From Clostridiales bacterium (GTDB lineage: Bacteria; Bacillota; Clostridia; Clostridiales; Oxobacteraceae), in assembly GCA_030016385.1 (NCBI GenBank), contig JASEJN010000003.1:15048-79047 (forward strand): a stretch of DNA of 64,000 nt. The letters run 5' to 3'. The notes below the pieces were generated by a model. The model searched no databases. It had not been told where the DNA came from and saw only the letters and a program-made list of their open reading frames with translations. Shown in pieces: positions 9,768 through 19,486 of this stretch; position 1 is the stretch's first letter; each line of letters starts with the position of its first letter. Made by a program: the position numbers and the translations under genes.

Positions 9768-12700
9768 TTAATACATTCCACTTACTATAATTTTAGGCCA
9801 TGGCAGTTCATCAGTAATCTCCAATAATTTATTATACTTCTCCGTAACTTTATTCTTATTGCCAAGTCCTACATAACCATATAATGCACCAACAGTATAT
9901 TTTATTTGATTTAATCGTCGCATATCCTGTTCAAAGGGTAAACCTACTGGAAAAGCTTCAAAATATTTATAACGGCAACTACTCCTAAGTTCATTCTCAC
10001 AAATATCAATCATTTTCATATAGACTTTCTGTGCTTCTGTTTCCTCTCCTAACTTCCGATATGCCAGACCTTTAAAATATTCTGCTTCATCAATATCAGA
10101 TGTCTCATTTATTATTTTTTGCAAACATGCTTTATAGTTATCAATATCGCCTATCGATTCATATACAGATGCAATATAATAGTACACATGGCCTTCACGA
10201 GCATGATATTTACGACCTTCATTGTAATTTGATGGATAATCTAGGGCCTTTTTAAATATAGATAATGCTTCCTTATATCTATTGCATCTAAAAGCTTTAT
10301 ATCCAAGAATAACATAAGAAAGAATATGCAGTTTGGGTAGTATTCCCTCTCCACCTTCATACGGATGAAATATATGGTTTTTTAGCTTTTCTACCGCACC
10401 TTGCACATTGCCCGTAGATATTAAAAGTGTAATATATTGAGTATACAAATCATCTCTTTCATCCACCAGGTTTATATTATCCTCAAGCAATTTCAATCTG
10501 GTTTCAAAAGAACATTTTGCAACTTTATAAACTTGCAGAAGTTCTAAAAGAAATCTTGAATTGCAACCATCCAATTTAAAAGCTTTTTCCATCTCTGAAA
10601 CTGCACCTATTACATCATTTCTTTTTTCAAAATAAGCAATAGCTAAATTTCTATGAACTATAGCGATTTTACAATCAATTTTTTTCGCATTTTCCCAGCA
10701 TTTAATTCCTTTGTCAACGTTGCCACGAGCATAATACATATTTCCAAGATAATAATACGCTCTTGAACTTTCAGGCGCAAATTTTATTGCACTTCTCAGT
10801 ATAGTAAATTCTATGATTTTATTTGGGAAGCAATAGTCCATACAAAGTCTATCTGCTATTTCAAATTCATTTAAAGATTTTTCAATAGAATTTTGTATCC
10901 TATAAATATAACCTAAATAATAATGCTTCATCGGGAAATCATTATTACATTTTTCAAGTACACTCTGGGCTTCACTGTAAAAACCTGCGTTTATATAATC
11001 TGCTGCTAACCCGATATATGAAGAAATCTTCCCGTTTAAAATGAACTTTAAATTTTCAAGAGTATCCTCAGCCTTTTTTGTTTCATTTAATGCACATTGT
11101 ATTAAATACAGTTCATATCTTGAGCCATAATCCAATTTATCATATGAATTTGTTTCCTTACATAATTCTAATGCCTCCGAAAATCTGCCTAGTCTTCTAA
11201 GCACCGCTGATTTTAGATCCCTTGACTTAACGCTCCATATATTAGTATTCAAACAAATCTCTATATAATTCAATGCTAAATTATAGTTGCCATATCTCGC
11301 CTCAATCTCTGCCGACTGATGCATAGCAGCTGACCGCCAGCAATAATTCCATGAAGCTTTTTGAAACGCATTAAGCGCGGCATTATCCTCTCCTAACTGT
11401 CTTAACGTTATGCCTAAATTGTAATATGGTTCCCCATCATATGGATTATAATTCCTCATAATTAATCGATTTATAGACTTTTGAAAATATTCTTTTGCAA
11501 GATAAAAATTTGCTCTTTTATATTCCCTAATACCCATAGCATTATTACAGCGATAATCACCAGGATCACGTTTTAATCCCTCAAGATAATATGGATCTGG
11601 ATCATAAGTAGGATGCTTATACTGTTCAATATGTAGACCATTTAAATATAGTTCATCTACTGTTTTAATTTGTTCTGGATCTTTTGCTGCTTCAGTAGCT
11701 TTAGGAGGTTGCTTATCTTCGAAGAATTTCGGTAATTTCTTATACGAAATAATTTCTTTACCTGAACTGTTATATAATCCGATAAATAAATCATCCCATG
11801 ATATCTCTTTATGTAAATCTATATCATATTTGAATGGCATCTCAGGGGATATGTCAAATGTTCCTTCTCTAATAACATGATCTTTATTTTTTAAGACAAA
11901 ATGAACATCTTTTCTTTCACATGTGGAATTAAATGCTAATTTTACTATAGTTCCATCAATATCAATACTTACAGCACCTTCTATATTAGCATTCTTAAGA
12001 TAAGGCATATCTTTTAATGGATACCAATAGTCATTAAATGTCTTTGTTTCATATGGTTGTAACCATGAAAAATCAGGCTGATTATCTGTATATTGACCAG
12101 TCATTATCTCTATATATGGACCATCTTTATCTGTAAGGTTTTTCTGCCAGACATCGCCAAACTCACCATTACCCCATGTAAAAAACTTTTTTCCTGGTGA
12201 TGTGTTTCTATCAGCAATGTGTACAGTACCAGAATTTTTTGAGTAATCATATCCCGCCATAAAATCATAATTGGAGTTAAAAATAAAAAACGAAGCAGGA
12301 GCGTGAATATTTTTATACCAGGTAATATCAGTGCCACTACCAAAATCAATCCCTGCGAATATACCTTTTACCTCTGGGAACTCTGACACGTTAAGCTTGT
12401 TATGATAAGTTATATAATCTATATCAGAAGGAAAGATAACTCTATAGTCATCATTCACATGTACTGCAAGATTTGACCACCAATGAAAGGTCTGTACATA
12501 AGGAGTTCTATTATAAATTTTAATTTTTGCCTGTAAATAGGATCTATCTGGATATATTGTAATACCTGCCATACCCTTTGTCCCATATAATGGTTCTATT
12601 TCGCCAACCCAAACTGTTTTACTTCCATCAGGGTTTTGCTCTATTGTCGAATCTACAGGCATAAACGTTGTAGGCCTATGATGCTGAGGCCAATTAAATT

Positions 12701-13085
12701 CAATTCCACCCGAAATCCATGGACCACATAGCCCTATTAATTGTGGTTTTATCACATTATTATGATATACAAAATTATAATTATTTACTTTATCAAATCC
12801 CTCATAAATTCTTCCTCCAAGTTCTGGGAGCACTATAGTTTTTATATATTTATTCTCAATTTTAATTGCATCATAAGTTTTAACAACTTTTTCATCTGTT
12901 ATTTTATCGGTCATTGGAAGTGGATAAATATTTCCTCTAGTTCCTTGATTATTTCTTAACTCAAAAAACATCGGCATCTTTTCGGGTTTATCTACTAAAT
13001 ATGTTGGTATTTTAAGTTGTTCCCTATATGCATCAACACAATTTTTACTTCTCATATCTGACAACCCATATTCCCTCCAATACAA
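9768..13085 (-). CDS. 1105-aa cytoplasmic protein: N-terminal beta-rich domain (DUF5107-like) fused to ~600 aa of TPR repeats
   Basis: The C-terminal half is full of TPR-like A/Y/L-periodic repeats (for example YYNLGITLRQLGEDNAALNAFQKA, YYYLGNMYYARGNVDKGIKCWENA). The N-terminal half (GGIEFNWPQHHRPTTF, FHWWSNLAVH) resembles the mutarotase-like DUF5107 as I recall it. No signal peptide. Confidence 0.55.
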   Translation of the reverse strand: MYWREYGLSDMRSKNCVDAYREQLKIPTYLVDKPEKMPMFFELRNNQGTRGNIYPLPMTDKITDEKVVKTYDAIKIENKYIKTIVLPELGGRIYEGFDKVNNYNFVYHNNVIKPQLIGLCGPWISGGIEFNWPQHHRPTTFMPVDSTIEQNPDGSKTVWVGEIEPLYGTKGMAGITIYPDRSYLQAKIKIYNRTPYVQTFHWWSNLAVHVNDDYRVIFPSDIDYITYHNKLNVSEFPEVKGIFAGIDFGSGTDITWYKNIHAPASFFIFNSNYDFMAGYDYSKNSGTVHIADRNTSPGKKFFTWGNGEFGDVWQKNLTDKDGPYIEIMTGQYTDNQPDFSWLQPYETKTFNDYWYPLKDMPYLKNANIEGAVSIDIDGTIVKLAFNSTCERKDVHFVLKNKDHVIREGTFDISPEMPFKYDIDLHKEISWDDLFIGLYNSSGKEIISYKKLPKFFEDKQPPKATEAAKDPEQIKTVDELYLNGLHIEQYKHPTYDPDPYYLEGLKRDPGDYRCNNAMGIREYKRANFYLAKEYFQKSINRLIMRNYNPYDGEPYYNLGITLRQLGEDNAALNAFQKASWNYCWRSAAMHQSAEIEARYGNYNLALNYIEICLNTNIWSVKSRDLKSAVLRRLGRFSEALELCKETNSYDKLDYGSRYELYLIQCALNETKKAEDTLENLKFILNGKISSYIGLAADYINAGFYSEAQSVLEKCNNDFPMKHYYLGYIYRIQNSIEKSLNEFEIADRLCMDYCFPNKIIEFTILRSAIKFAPESSRAYYYLGNMYYARGNVDKGIKCWENAKKIDCKIAIVHRNLAIAYFEKRNDVIGAVSEMEKAFKLDGCNSRFLLELLQVYKVAKCSFETRLKLLEDNINLVDERDDLYTQYITLLISTGNVQGAVEKLKNHIFHPYEGGEGILPKLHILSYVILGYKAFRCNRYKEALSIFKKALDYPSNYNEGRKYHAREGHVYYYIASVYESIGDIDNYKACLQKIINETSDIDEAEYFKGLAYRKLGEETEAQKVYMKMIDICENELRSSCRYKYFEAFPVGLPFEQDMRRLNQIKYTVGALYGYVGLGNKNKVTEKYNKLLEITDELPWPKIIVSGMY

Positions 13086-13259
13086 TTGACATATATTAAA
13101 TTTTAGAAAATCTCCTGAAGAGCCATGTAAATCTGCTCTTTTATATCATAAACACAGTAAAGCTCAACTTTGTTGCATATTTTAAAATATAAAAGCCGAA
13201 TTTTATCATTTTTATTTGATGAAAGCAATAAATAAATATATATTTAGCCACTTAAACAG

Positions 13260-14639
13260 TCATATAGTCCTTTGGCTATTTTGTACCGGTTTTGTCAAAT
13301 TACACAGTTTACCCCATACAGACCCACACCATTCCATTCCATCTTTTGGACTGACATCTTCTATGGAAAACGGCAACTTTCTTATGGCTAACGGATCGTA
13401 AGGCAAGTTTTTCATATTTCCGTACCAATTCCCATTAAAATGCGAACTCTGCCATCCTTTTACCGGACTTTCCTTAAATGCAAAAATATTTTCATGAAAA
13501 TAATGGGACTCTCCATCTTTATGGCAACATATTTGAAGAGCACTTTTATTATTTACAAAAAGATTTCCATAGAATTCGGCGACAATTTTTTGATCATCCT
13601 GTACTAAGCACCTTTTATCATCGATACTAATATTATAACGCAGAATTGTTGAACTACAATTTTTGTTATAATTAAGTCCCATACAATCAAGCCAGAAACC
13701 TCCTTGATTATCATGGCTATAATTATACTGAAAGATAGTATCCCCACTAGTTCCCCAATCGGTATCAAATGCCGTTCCATCATTTTCAAATAGCCTTGTT
13801 CTAGCTACTTCATTATACTGAATCAAAGCATTTTCAGTGGCACATACCCAAATACCCGCAATAAGGTGCGTATCTTCCAAAGTGCCCAAAGCACCTGCAT
13901 CAAGGCAACGGTTCCCATCAATTAACGGGGAAATAGAATTAGCCACGATTATTCCATCACTTCCAGTTCTTTCAATCAGGTTATTCCGTATTACCACATG
14001 CGTATGATGTATATCATTTATGAAGTCCTCCTGCTGGTTTACCCTAATTCCACTAGTTAGCACATCATGTACATAATTATTGCTTATGATAATATCATGC
14101 AAATGGTTTGTACTTGAAGACCTTCCATCCATTGTTATATAGATCCCCGAATTCCAATACATATTCCTATATACTCCCAGGTTTCTCCTATTTTCTCCTG
14201 TTACATTACTTATTTCACAGCTTTCGATCAAAATTCCCTGAGTAATTCCAGTAGCACTACCGCATATGCAGATACCCTGACGAATAGTACGCTCATTACT
14301 GTGATTTGTAAAGGATAATCCCTGGACGATCCAGTAACTTATTCCCTTTAAAAGAAGTGCAGCATATGTACCTTCTCCATTTATTACCGGCTTATTCCCA
14401 TCTCCATAGGACTCCATAATTATTGGATTATATTTTTCTCCCGAACCTTTAGGAGCTAACATCCCATACCATGCTCCGCCAGATCGAAATCTTATTATGT
14501 CTCCAGGCAAAAATGTATAACTATTTACGTTATTTAGGCTTTTCCATGCTTGTTCTTTAGAAAGTCCTATATTGAAATCATTTCCATTCCTATCATCTAT
14601 ATAGAAGCATCTTCCCTTATCATATCCCATCATAGCCAT
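13260..14639 (-). CDS. right-handed parallel beta-helix repeat protein (pectin-lyase fold), cytoplasmic
   Basis: Repeating ~22-25 aa turns with I/V-x-N-N motifs (IISNNYVHD, VIRNNLIERTGSDGIIV, IDGNRCLD, IQYNEVAR, FQYNYSHDN). No signal peptide. Confidence 0.55.
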   Translation of the reverse strand: MAMMGYDKGRCFYIDDRNGNDFNIGLSKEQAWKSLNNVNSYTFLPGDIIRFRSGGAWYGMLAPKGSGEKYNPIIMESYGDGNKPVINGEGTYAALLLKGISYWIVQGLSFTNHSNERTIRQGICICGSATGITQGILIESCEISNVTGENRRNLGVYRNMYWNSGIYITMDGRSSSTNHLHDIIISNNYVHDVLTSGIRVNQQEDFINDIHHTHVVIRNNLIERTGSDGIIVANSISPLIDGNRCLDAGALGTLEDTHLIAGIWVCATENALIQYNEVARTRLFENDGTAFDTDWGTSGDTIFQYNYSHDNQGGFWLDCMGLNYNKNCSSTILRYNISIDDKRCLVQDDQKIVAEFYGNLFVNNKSALQICCHKDGESHYFHENIFAFKESPVKGWQSSHFNGNWYGNMKNLPYDPLAIRKLPFSIEDVSPKDGMEWCGSVWGKLCNLTKPVQNSQRTI

Positions 14640-14799
14640 TCTCCCTTTGAGACAGATTTTATACTATTCACTTTTATAACCATTCTCTCTTAACATCAAA
14701 TTCAGATGTTTATTTTTTCTCTCAGATTTCCAGATTGTTTTTTCCATTCGGTCTTATGTGTCTTTTCTTCATCTTTTAAATAAAATCCTAGGTTTCCTT

Positions 14800-15705
14800 T
14801 CACCCTTTTATAGAACCGATCATAACACCTTTTTCAAAAAATTTTTGCGCAAACGGATATGCCACGATCAAGGGAATGGCCGAAAGTACCATGCATGCAA
14901 GCTCAATAGTTTTGTAGTTAGCAGCACTATTAGAAAGCGTTGTCAATATAGAAGATGTCCCACTTGACAGAGTACTGCCCAGCTTTGCAGCAAATTCGCT
15001 TGATTTTGTAATTGAAAGCGTATAATAAGATAACGTCTGTATTGCCGTCGACTTAGTATAATATAAGGTCTGCGTATAATCATTCCACATAAATACTGCC
15101 GTAAAGATTCCAAGAGCACTGATTACGGGTTTGGAAAGAGGGATCACTATTTTAAAGAATATAAAATATTCTCCTGCCCCATCCATCTTCGCAGATTCGA
15201 ATAAGGCATTGGGTATCGTCTTGAAATTAGCATTAAAGATAATGACATTATAAAATCCTCCGAATAGGCAGGGAATGATATAAACCCAAAAAGAATTATA
15301 AATATGCAGCGCATTAAACAGGATAAAATAAGCAATCACTCCTCCATTTAGATACATGCTGATAAATCCAATTATGGTATAAAATTTTTTGCCTACCAAA
15401 TTACTCCTTGAAAATCCATAGGCAAACATGGCCGTAATCAATGTCTGCATAACCGTAACAATGACAGTCCTTGCACAAGTAATTCCAAAAGCTTTTATAA
15501 TATCAGCATTATTTAAGACTGCCTTCCAGCTTTCCAGAGAAAAGTCATGTATCCAAATGAGTGCATATCCATTCTTAGAGATATCCTGTGCGCTATTGAG
15601 TGAATTAATAACCGAATACCATACCGGATAGACTGTAATAACCATAATAAATATCATCAAAATCGTTAAAAATATATCGAACCTGTTTCTACGTCTCGAT
15701 CTCAT
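14800..15705 (-). CDS. carbohydrate ABC transporter permease (LplC/AraQ-like)
   Basis: Six predicted TM helices. The EAA-loop region reads FESAKMDGAGEYFIFFKIVIPLSKP. Confidence 0.85.
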   Translation of the reverse strand: MRSRRRNRFDIFLTILMIFIMVITVYPVWYSVINSLNSAQDISKNGYALIWIHDFSLESWKAVLNNADIIKAFGITCARTVIVTVMQTLITAMFAYGFSRSNLVGKKFYTIIGFISMYLNGGVIAYFILFNALHIYNSFWVYIIPCLFGGFYNVIIFNANFKTIPNALFESAKMDGAGEYFIFFKIVIPLSKPVISALGIFTAVFMWNDYTQTLYYTKSTAIQTLSYYTLSITKSSEFAAKLGSTLSSGTSSILTTLSNSAANYKTIELACMVLSAIPLIVAYPFAQKFFEKGVMIGSIKG

Positions 15706-15731
15706 TCTATCTCGAGTCGCCTCCTCACATT

Positions 15732-16679
15732 CTAAAGCAGCCCGTTATCTGTCAGTTTCTTAGATAATTTATTTGCCAGCAAGAGCAAACCTATCGCTAA
15801 GACGGACTTGAATATATTGACTGCTGCTGCCATGCCAAACTGTAGTTGTGTCAAACCTACTTTATAAATATAGGTATCAATGACTTCACTGCGCTCCAGA
15901 TTAAAAGGATTCTGAAAAACATAAATTTGATCAAAATTATTGTTCATGATGCCGGCTACAGCAAAAATAACCATAATTACAATTGTTGCCTTAATACTTG
16001 GCAAAGTAATATACCACATTTTTCGGAAACGTCCGGCGCCATCCAAATCAGCCGCTTCATAAAGTTCCTGGTCAACTCCTGCAATGGCTGCTGTATAAAG
16101 GATAGTACTCCACCCCAGCTCCTTCAACAAGTTTGAAAAAATTGCGATCCACCAGAAATATTTGGGGTCTGCCATAAAGACAATCGGTTTATCGATTATT
16201 CCCAGTTTCATCAGAATTTGATTAGCGAAACCCCCATCTCCACTTAACAGTGTCATTATAATTCCTCCGAAAACAACCCATGAAATGAAGTGAGGCATAT
16301 AAGTTACCGTCTGAACGAAGCTTTTGAATTTTTGACTTTTAATTTCATTAATCAATAATGCGAAAAAGATCGCCAATGGTATGGTGATCAGATTACCAAT
16401 CAAGTTAATACCAAGTGTATTTACCAGCATTCTTCGAAAATCATGATTTCCAAAGATAATCTTAAAATTCTGCAATCCATAAAATGGGCTAGTAAATACA
16501 CCCTTGAATCCCTCTGTCACATCATAATTTTTAAAAGCTAGAATCAGGCCAAATAGCGGAACAATATTAAACAAGATCAACAAGACAGTTCCCGGAAGCA
16601 TCAGGGAATGCAATTGAAATTGTGTGTGTTTATCATAGCCCAGTCGATAACTTTGAATTGTCCTTTCATCCTTTTTCAT
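15732..16679 (-). CDS. sugar ABC transporter permease (LplB-like)
   Basis: The EAA-loop reads YEAADLDGAGRFRKMWYITLPSIK. Multi-pass membrane protein. Lies between the SBP and the second permease. Confidence 0.85.
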   Translation of the reverse strand: MKKDERTIQSYRLGYDKHTQFQLHSLMLPGTVLLILFNIVPLFGLILAFKNYDVTEGFKGVFTSPFYGLQNFKIIFGNHDFRRMLVNTLGINLIGNLITIPLAIFFALLINEIKSQKFKSFVQTVTYMPHFISWVVFGGIIMTLLSGDGGFANQILMKLGIIDKPIVFMADPKYFWWIAIFSNLLKELGWSTILYTAAIAGVDQELYEAADLDGAGRFRKMWYITLPSIKATIVIMVIFAVAGIMNNNFDQIYVFQNPFNLERSEVIDTYIYKVGLTQLQFGMAAAVNIFKSVLAIGLLLLANKLSKKLTDNGLL

Positions 16680-16773
16680 TGAAAAACACCTCTATTCAAA
16701 TGACGCTCGAAAACTGCCTCATCCGCAGCAGCACTCATGTTTTTTGCATTAAAATAGTCAGCAATTATCAGTA

Positions 16774-18447
16774 TTATTTATACAAAGATGCATTTACATC
16801 CTCAATTTTTTCTCCTGTCTTTTCACAGTTTTCTTTGAAAGCTTTATTGTATTCTTTATCAACCGCATTTATATTATAGGTTTGCAAAGTATTTATCATA
16901 TTAGCGTATTCTTTTTCAAATGCACTATCAGACTTGGCCGTAACTACTTTTGCTTTCTGCTGTTCTAAATATGTCTTGATCTGCGACAGCTTTACACCTA
17001 AATCGCTGGAAGGCTCAATGACATTACTGTTCAAAAAGCCCAATAAGGATTGATCATACATATATGTTTTCTCATATTTGCCCAGCGCTGGCATCAAAGC
17101 AACTTCAACTCCACGATTAGTTTTCGGGTCAGGAACCGGTTCCGTATTTCTTTCAAAAGATGTATTGGCAAAGGGCCATAAAAGTACATTATTTTTATAA
17201 TCATCATTAAATTTCTTTGTCTGGGATTCCGTTTTCGTAACAATTCCTTTTTTGTCAATCGTATAATCCTTGTTTTCTTCTCCATAATAATTGATCAAAA
17301 GCCCTTCGCGGCTGGAAGCCCAGCTTATCAATTTGGCAAGCTTCTCAGGATTTTTGCAATCTTTAGAAATCAAAGTCTGAATCCAGCCTGTTCCTGCAGA
17401 TTTATTAACTGGCATAGCAGGACGTGCATTATTATCTGCTACAATTGGTCCATAAGATACCCACGGCATATTATCTTTTGCCTCATTAGCCTGATTTCCG
17501 ATCCAGCAAAATACCCGTTTAGCATCCAAATAAGTCTTTACCGCCGTCGAATCGATGGTAAGAGAGTTTACATCCAGATATCCCTTTTGGATACATCTAT
17601 TTATGAACTGTAGTGCATTTTTATAACCGGGGCTCAATTCAAGATGCCGATAATTCCCATCAGCATCAACAGGAACAGCTCCGAAATTCCACGCTATTAT
17701 ACTATCCAGGCTAGCATCTATCCACATATTACCATCGAATATCAATGGAATTACTGCTTGACCATTCACTTTATGACCTGAATTCTTCACCTTTTCACAA
17801 GCATTCAAAAAACCTTGTTCTGTGCTTACATCTGCTTGTGTTATACCAAGAGCATCCATAATCTCTTTATTAAACATGATACATGAATTGCTTCCCTTTT
17901 GAGCTACATCAACCCATACCTGATCATCCGGTGGAAAAATTTTTCTGTTATCTGTTGATTCCATATGGCTTGGATAAGAATACCAACCTCCATAGCTATC
18001 GGTTAAAGCTTTCTTAACATCCTCGGGAAAATCCTTTAGTAAATGAGAATCAGGGTCATATTTTGTAAAAAAGCTTTTCATATCCCACACCTTGTTTGAT
18101 TTTATCAGTTTCTTAATCGTATCCTGATCCGTTACAGATATCATATCAGGAAGCTGATTGGAAGCAATCATCAACCCAAGTTTTGTATCTGCATCTGTAG
18201 GAGGCTGTTCAAGATTGAATGTAATGCCAATCTTATTTTTAATATAATCCAGCGCAGGAGAACTATCAGTGTTCCACGCACTTGGTCCATATCCTGTTAC
18301 ATCTGAAAACCAGTAAATCTTATCTTCCTGACCTACTTCCTTTTTACTATTTTTCGATATCCCTTTATTGCTGCCACAGCCAACCATGCTTATCACCATA
18401 ACTATTGTAATGACTGTCGTCAAGCCTTTCATCAATTTCCCTTTCAT
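16774..18447 (-). CDS. extracellular solute-binding lipoprotein (LplA-like, large family-1 SBP)
   Basis: Signal peptide with lipobox VISMVGC. 557 aa. First gene of an SBP-permease-permease unit. Confidence 0.85.
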   Translation of the reverse strand: MKGKLMKGLTTVITIVMVISMVGCGSNKGISKNSKKEVGQEDKIYWFSDVTGYGPSAWNTDSSPALDYIKNKIGITFNLEQPPTDADTKLGLMIASNQLPDMISVTDQDTIKKLIKSNKVWDMKSFFTKYDPDSHLLKDFPEDVKKALTDSYGGWYSYPSHMESTDNRKIFPPDDQVWVDVAQKGSNSCIMFNKEIMDALGITQADVSTEQGFLNACEKVKNSGHKVNGQAVIPLIFDGNMWIDASLDSIIAWNFGAVPVDADGNYRHLELSPGYKNALQFINRCIQKGYLDVNSLTIDSTAVKTYLDAKRVFCWIGNQANEAKDNMPWVSYGPIVADNNARPAMPVNKSAGTGWIQTLISKDCKNPEKLAKLISWASSREGLLINYYGEENKDYTIDKKGIVTKTESQTKKFNDDYKNNVLLWPFANTSFERNTEPVPDPKTNRGVEVALMPALGKYEKTYMYDQSLLGFLNSNVIEPSSDLGVKLSQIKTYLEQQKAKVVTAKSDSAFEKEYANMINTLQTYNINAVDKEYNKAFKENCEKTGEKIEDVNASLYK

Positions 18448-18622
18448 GATTTTTTATTCCCTCCCATTAGAATTTTAAAAACAGGTTTAAACATATTATT
18501 ACTGAATCTTTTTATTTTTCTTTATATATCTATTTAACTATACATATTGTATATATAAATTGACATGTACTTATTTTTTTATTTTGGTATTTATTTAATA
18601 TCTGTCTAAAATAATTGCAGAG

Positions 18623-18669
18623 GAAAAAGAAAAAAGCTGAATGTCCGATCTCCTTATTCATATCCAGCT
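18623..18669 (-). terminator. Rho-independent terminator after the response regulator gene
   Basis: Imperfect stem AGCTGAAT...ATTCATATCCAGCT, followed on the minus strand by a long T-run (plus-strand AAAAAGAAAAAA at 18623-18634). Confidence 0.6.
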
Positions 18670-18735
18670 TTCTTCATAAAATCTATGTGCTTGGAAATTT
18701 AGGTACGGAACTCATATTGGCGTCATAGAAATTAT

Positions 18736-19464
18736 CTAAAATTGTTTTCGATAGGCAGCTGGGGTTAATCCAGTCACTTTTTTGTATACCTTTATAAAAT
18801 AAAAATAGTCAGAATATCCGACATCTGAAGCAATCTCAGCAATGCTCTCATTCGTTGTCCGAAGTAGCTCCTGTGCTTTTTGAATTCTGCATTCCATTAT
18901 GTGTTCACTAAAGCTTTTCCCAGTTTTCTTCTTAATCAATGAACTAAGATAGCATTCACTCAACCTGTATTTTTCAGAGAGTTCTGATAAAGAAATAGGA
19001 TTTCGGTAATTATTTTGTATAAAAGAAACACTATCCTTAGCAATTACATTATCAGAAATATACCCGTTTTTTTCACTGCCGCCTTTACTCAAATCGAATC
19101 CATCTTTTATTTTATCTAATGCCTTTTTTAGTTCCTCCGCTTCAATAGGTTTAAGTAAATAATCTGAACAACCAAGCCGTATTGCTGCCCTTGCATATTC
19201 AAAATCTGAATATGCACTGATAAATATCACTTTTGTCTGTAGCTTCTTATTTCGGATTTTTTCAAGCAATTTAAGGCCATTAAAACCTGGCATACGTATG
19301 TCTGATAAAATCAAGTCCGGACCAATGTGTAAAATCCTTTCCCATGCGCTTTTCCCACTATCTGCCTCTCCACAAATTGTATAGCCGCATCCATTCCAGT
19401 CAATCAGATTTTGCAAGCTAATCAAAACCCATGGTTCATCATCCGCCAAAAAAACCCGATACAT
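18736..19464 (-). CDS. response regulator with AraC-type HTH output (short YesN-like)
   Basis: REC domain (FLADDEPWV...LILSDIRMPGFNGL...ISAY) plus a C-terminal AraC HTH (IAEIASDVGYSDYFYFIKVYKKVTGLTPAAYR). Confidence 0.85.
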   Translation of the reverse strand: MYRVFLADDEPWVLISLQNLIDWNGCGYTICGEADSGKSAWERILHIGPDLILSDIRMPGFNGLKLLEKIRNKKLQTKVIFISAYSDFEYARAAIRLGCSDYLLKPIEAEELKKALDKIKDGFDLSKGGSEKNGYISDNVIAKDSVSFIQNNYRNPISLSELSEKYRLSECYLSSLIKKKTGKSFSEHIMECRIQKAQELLRTTNESIAEIASDVGYSDYFYFIKVYKKVTGLTPAAYRKQF

Positions 19465-19486
19465 ACAATTTTCCTCCTTGTCTCCA

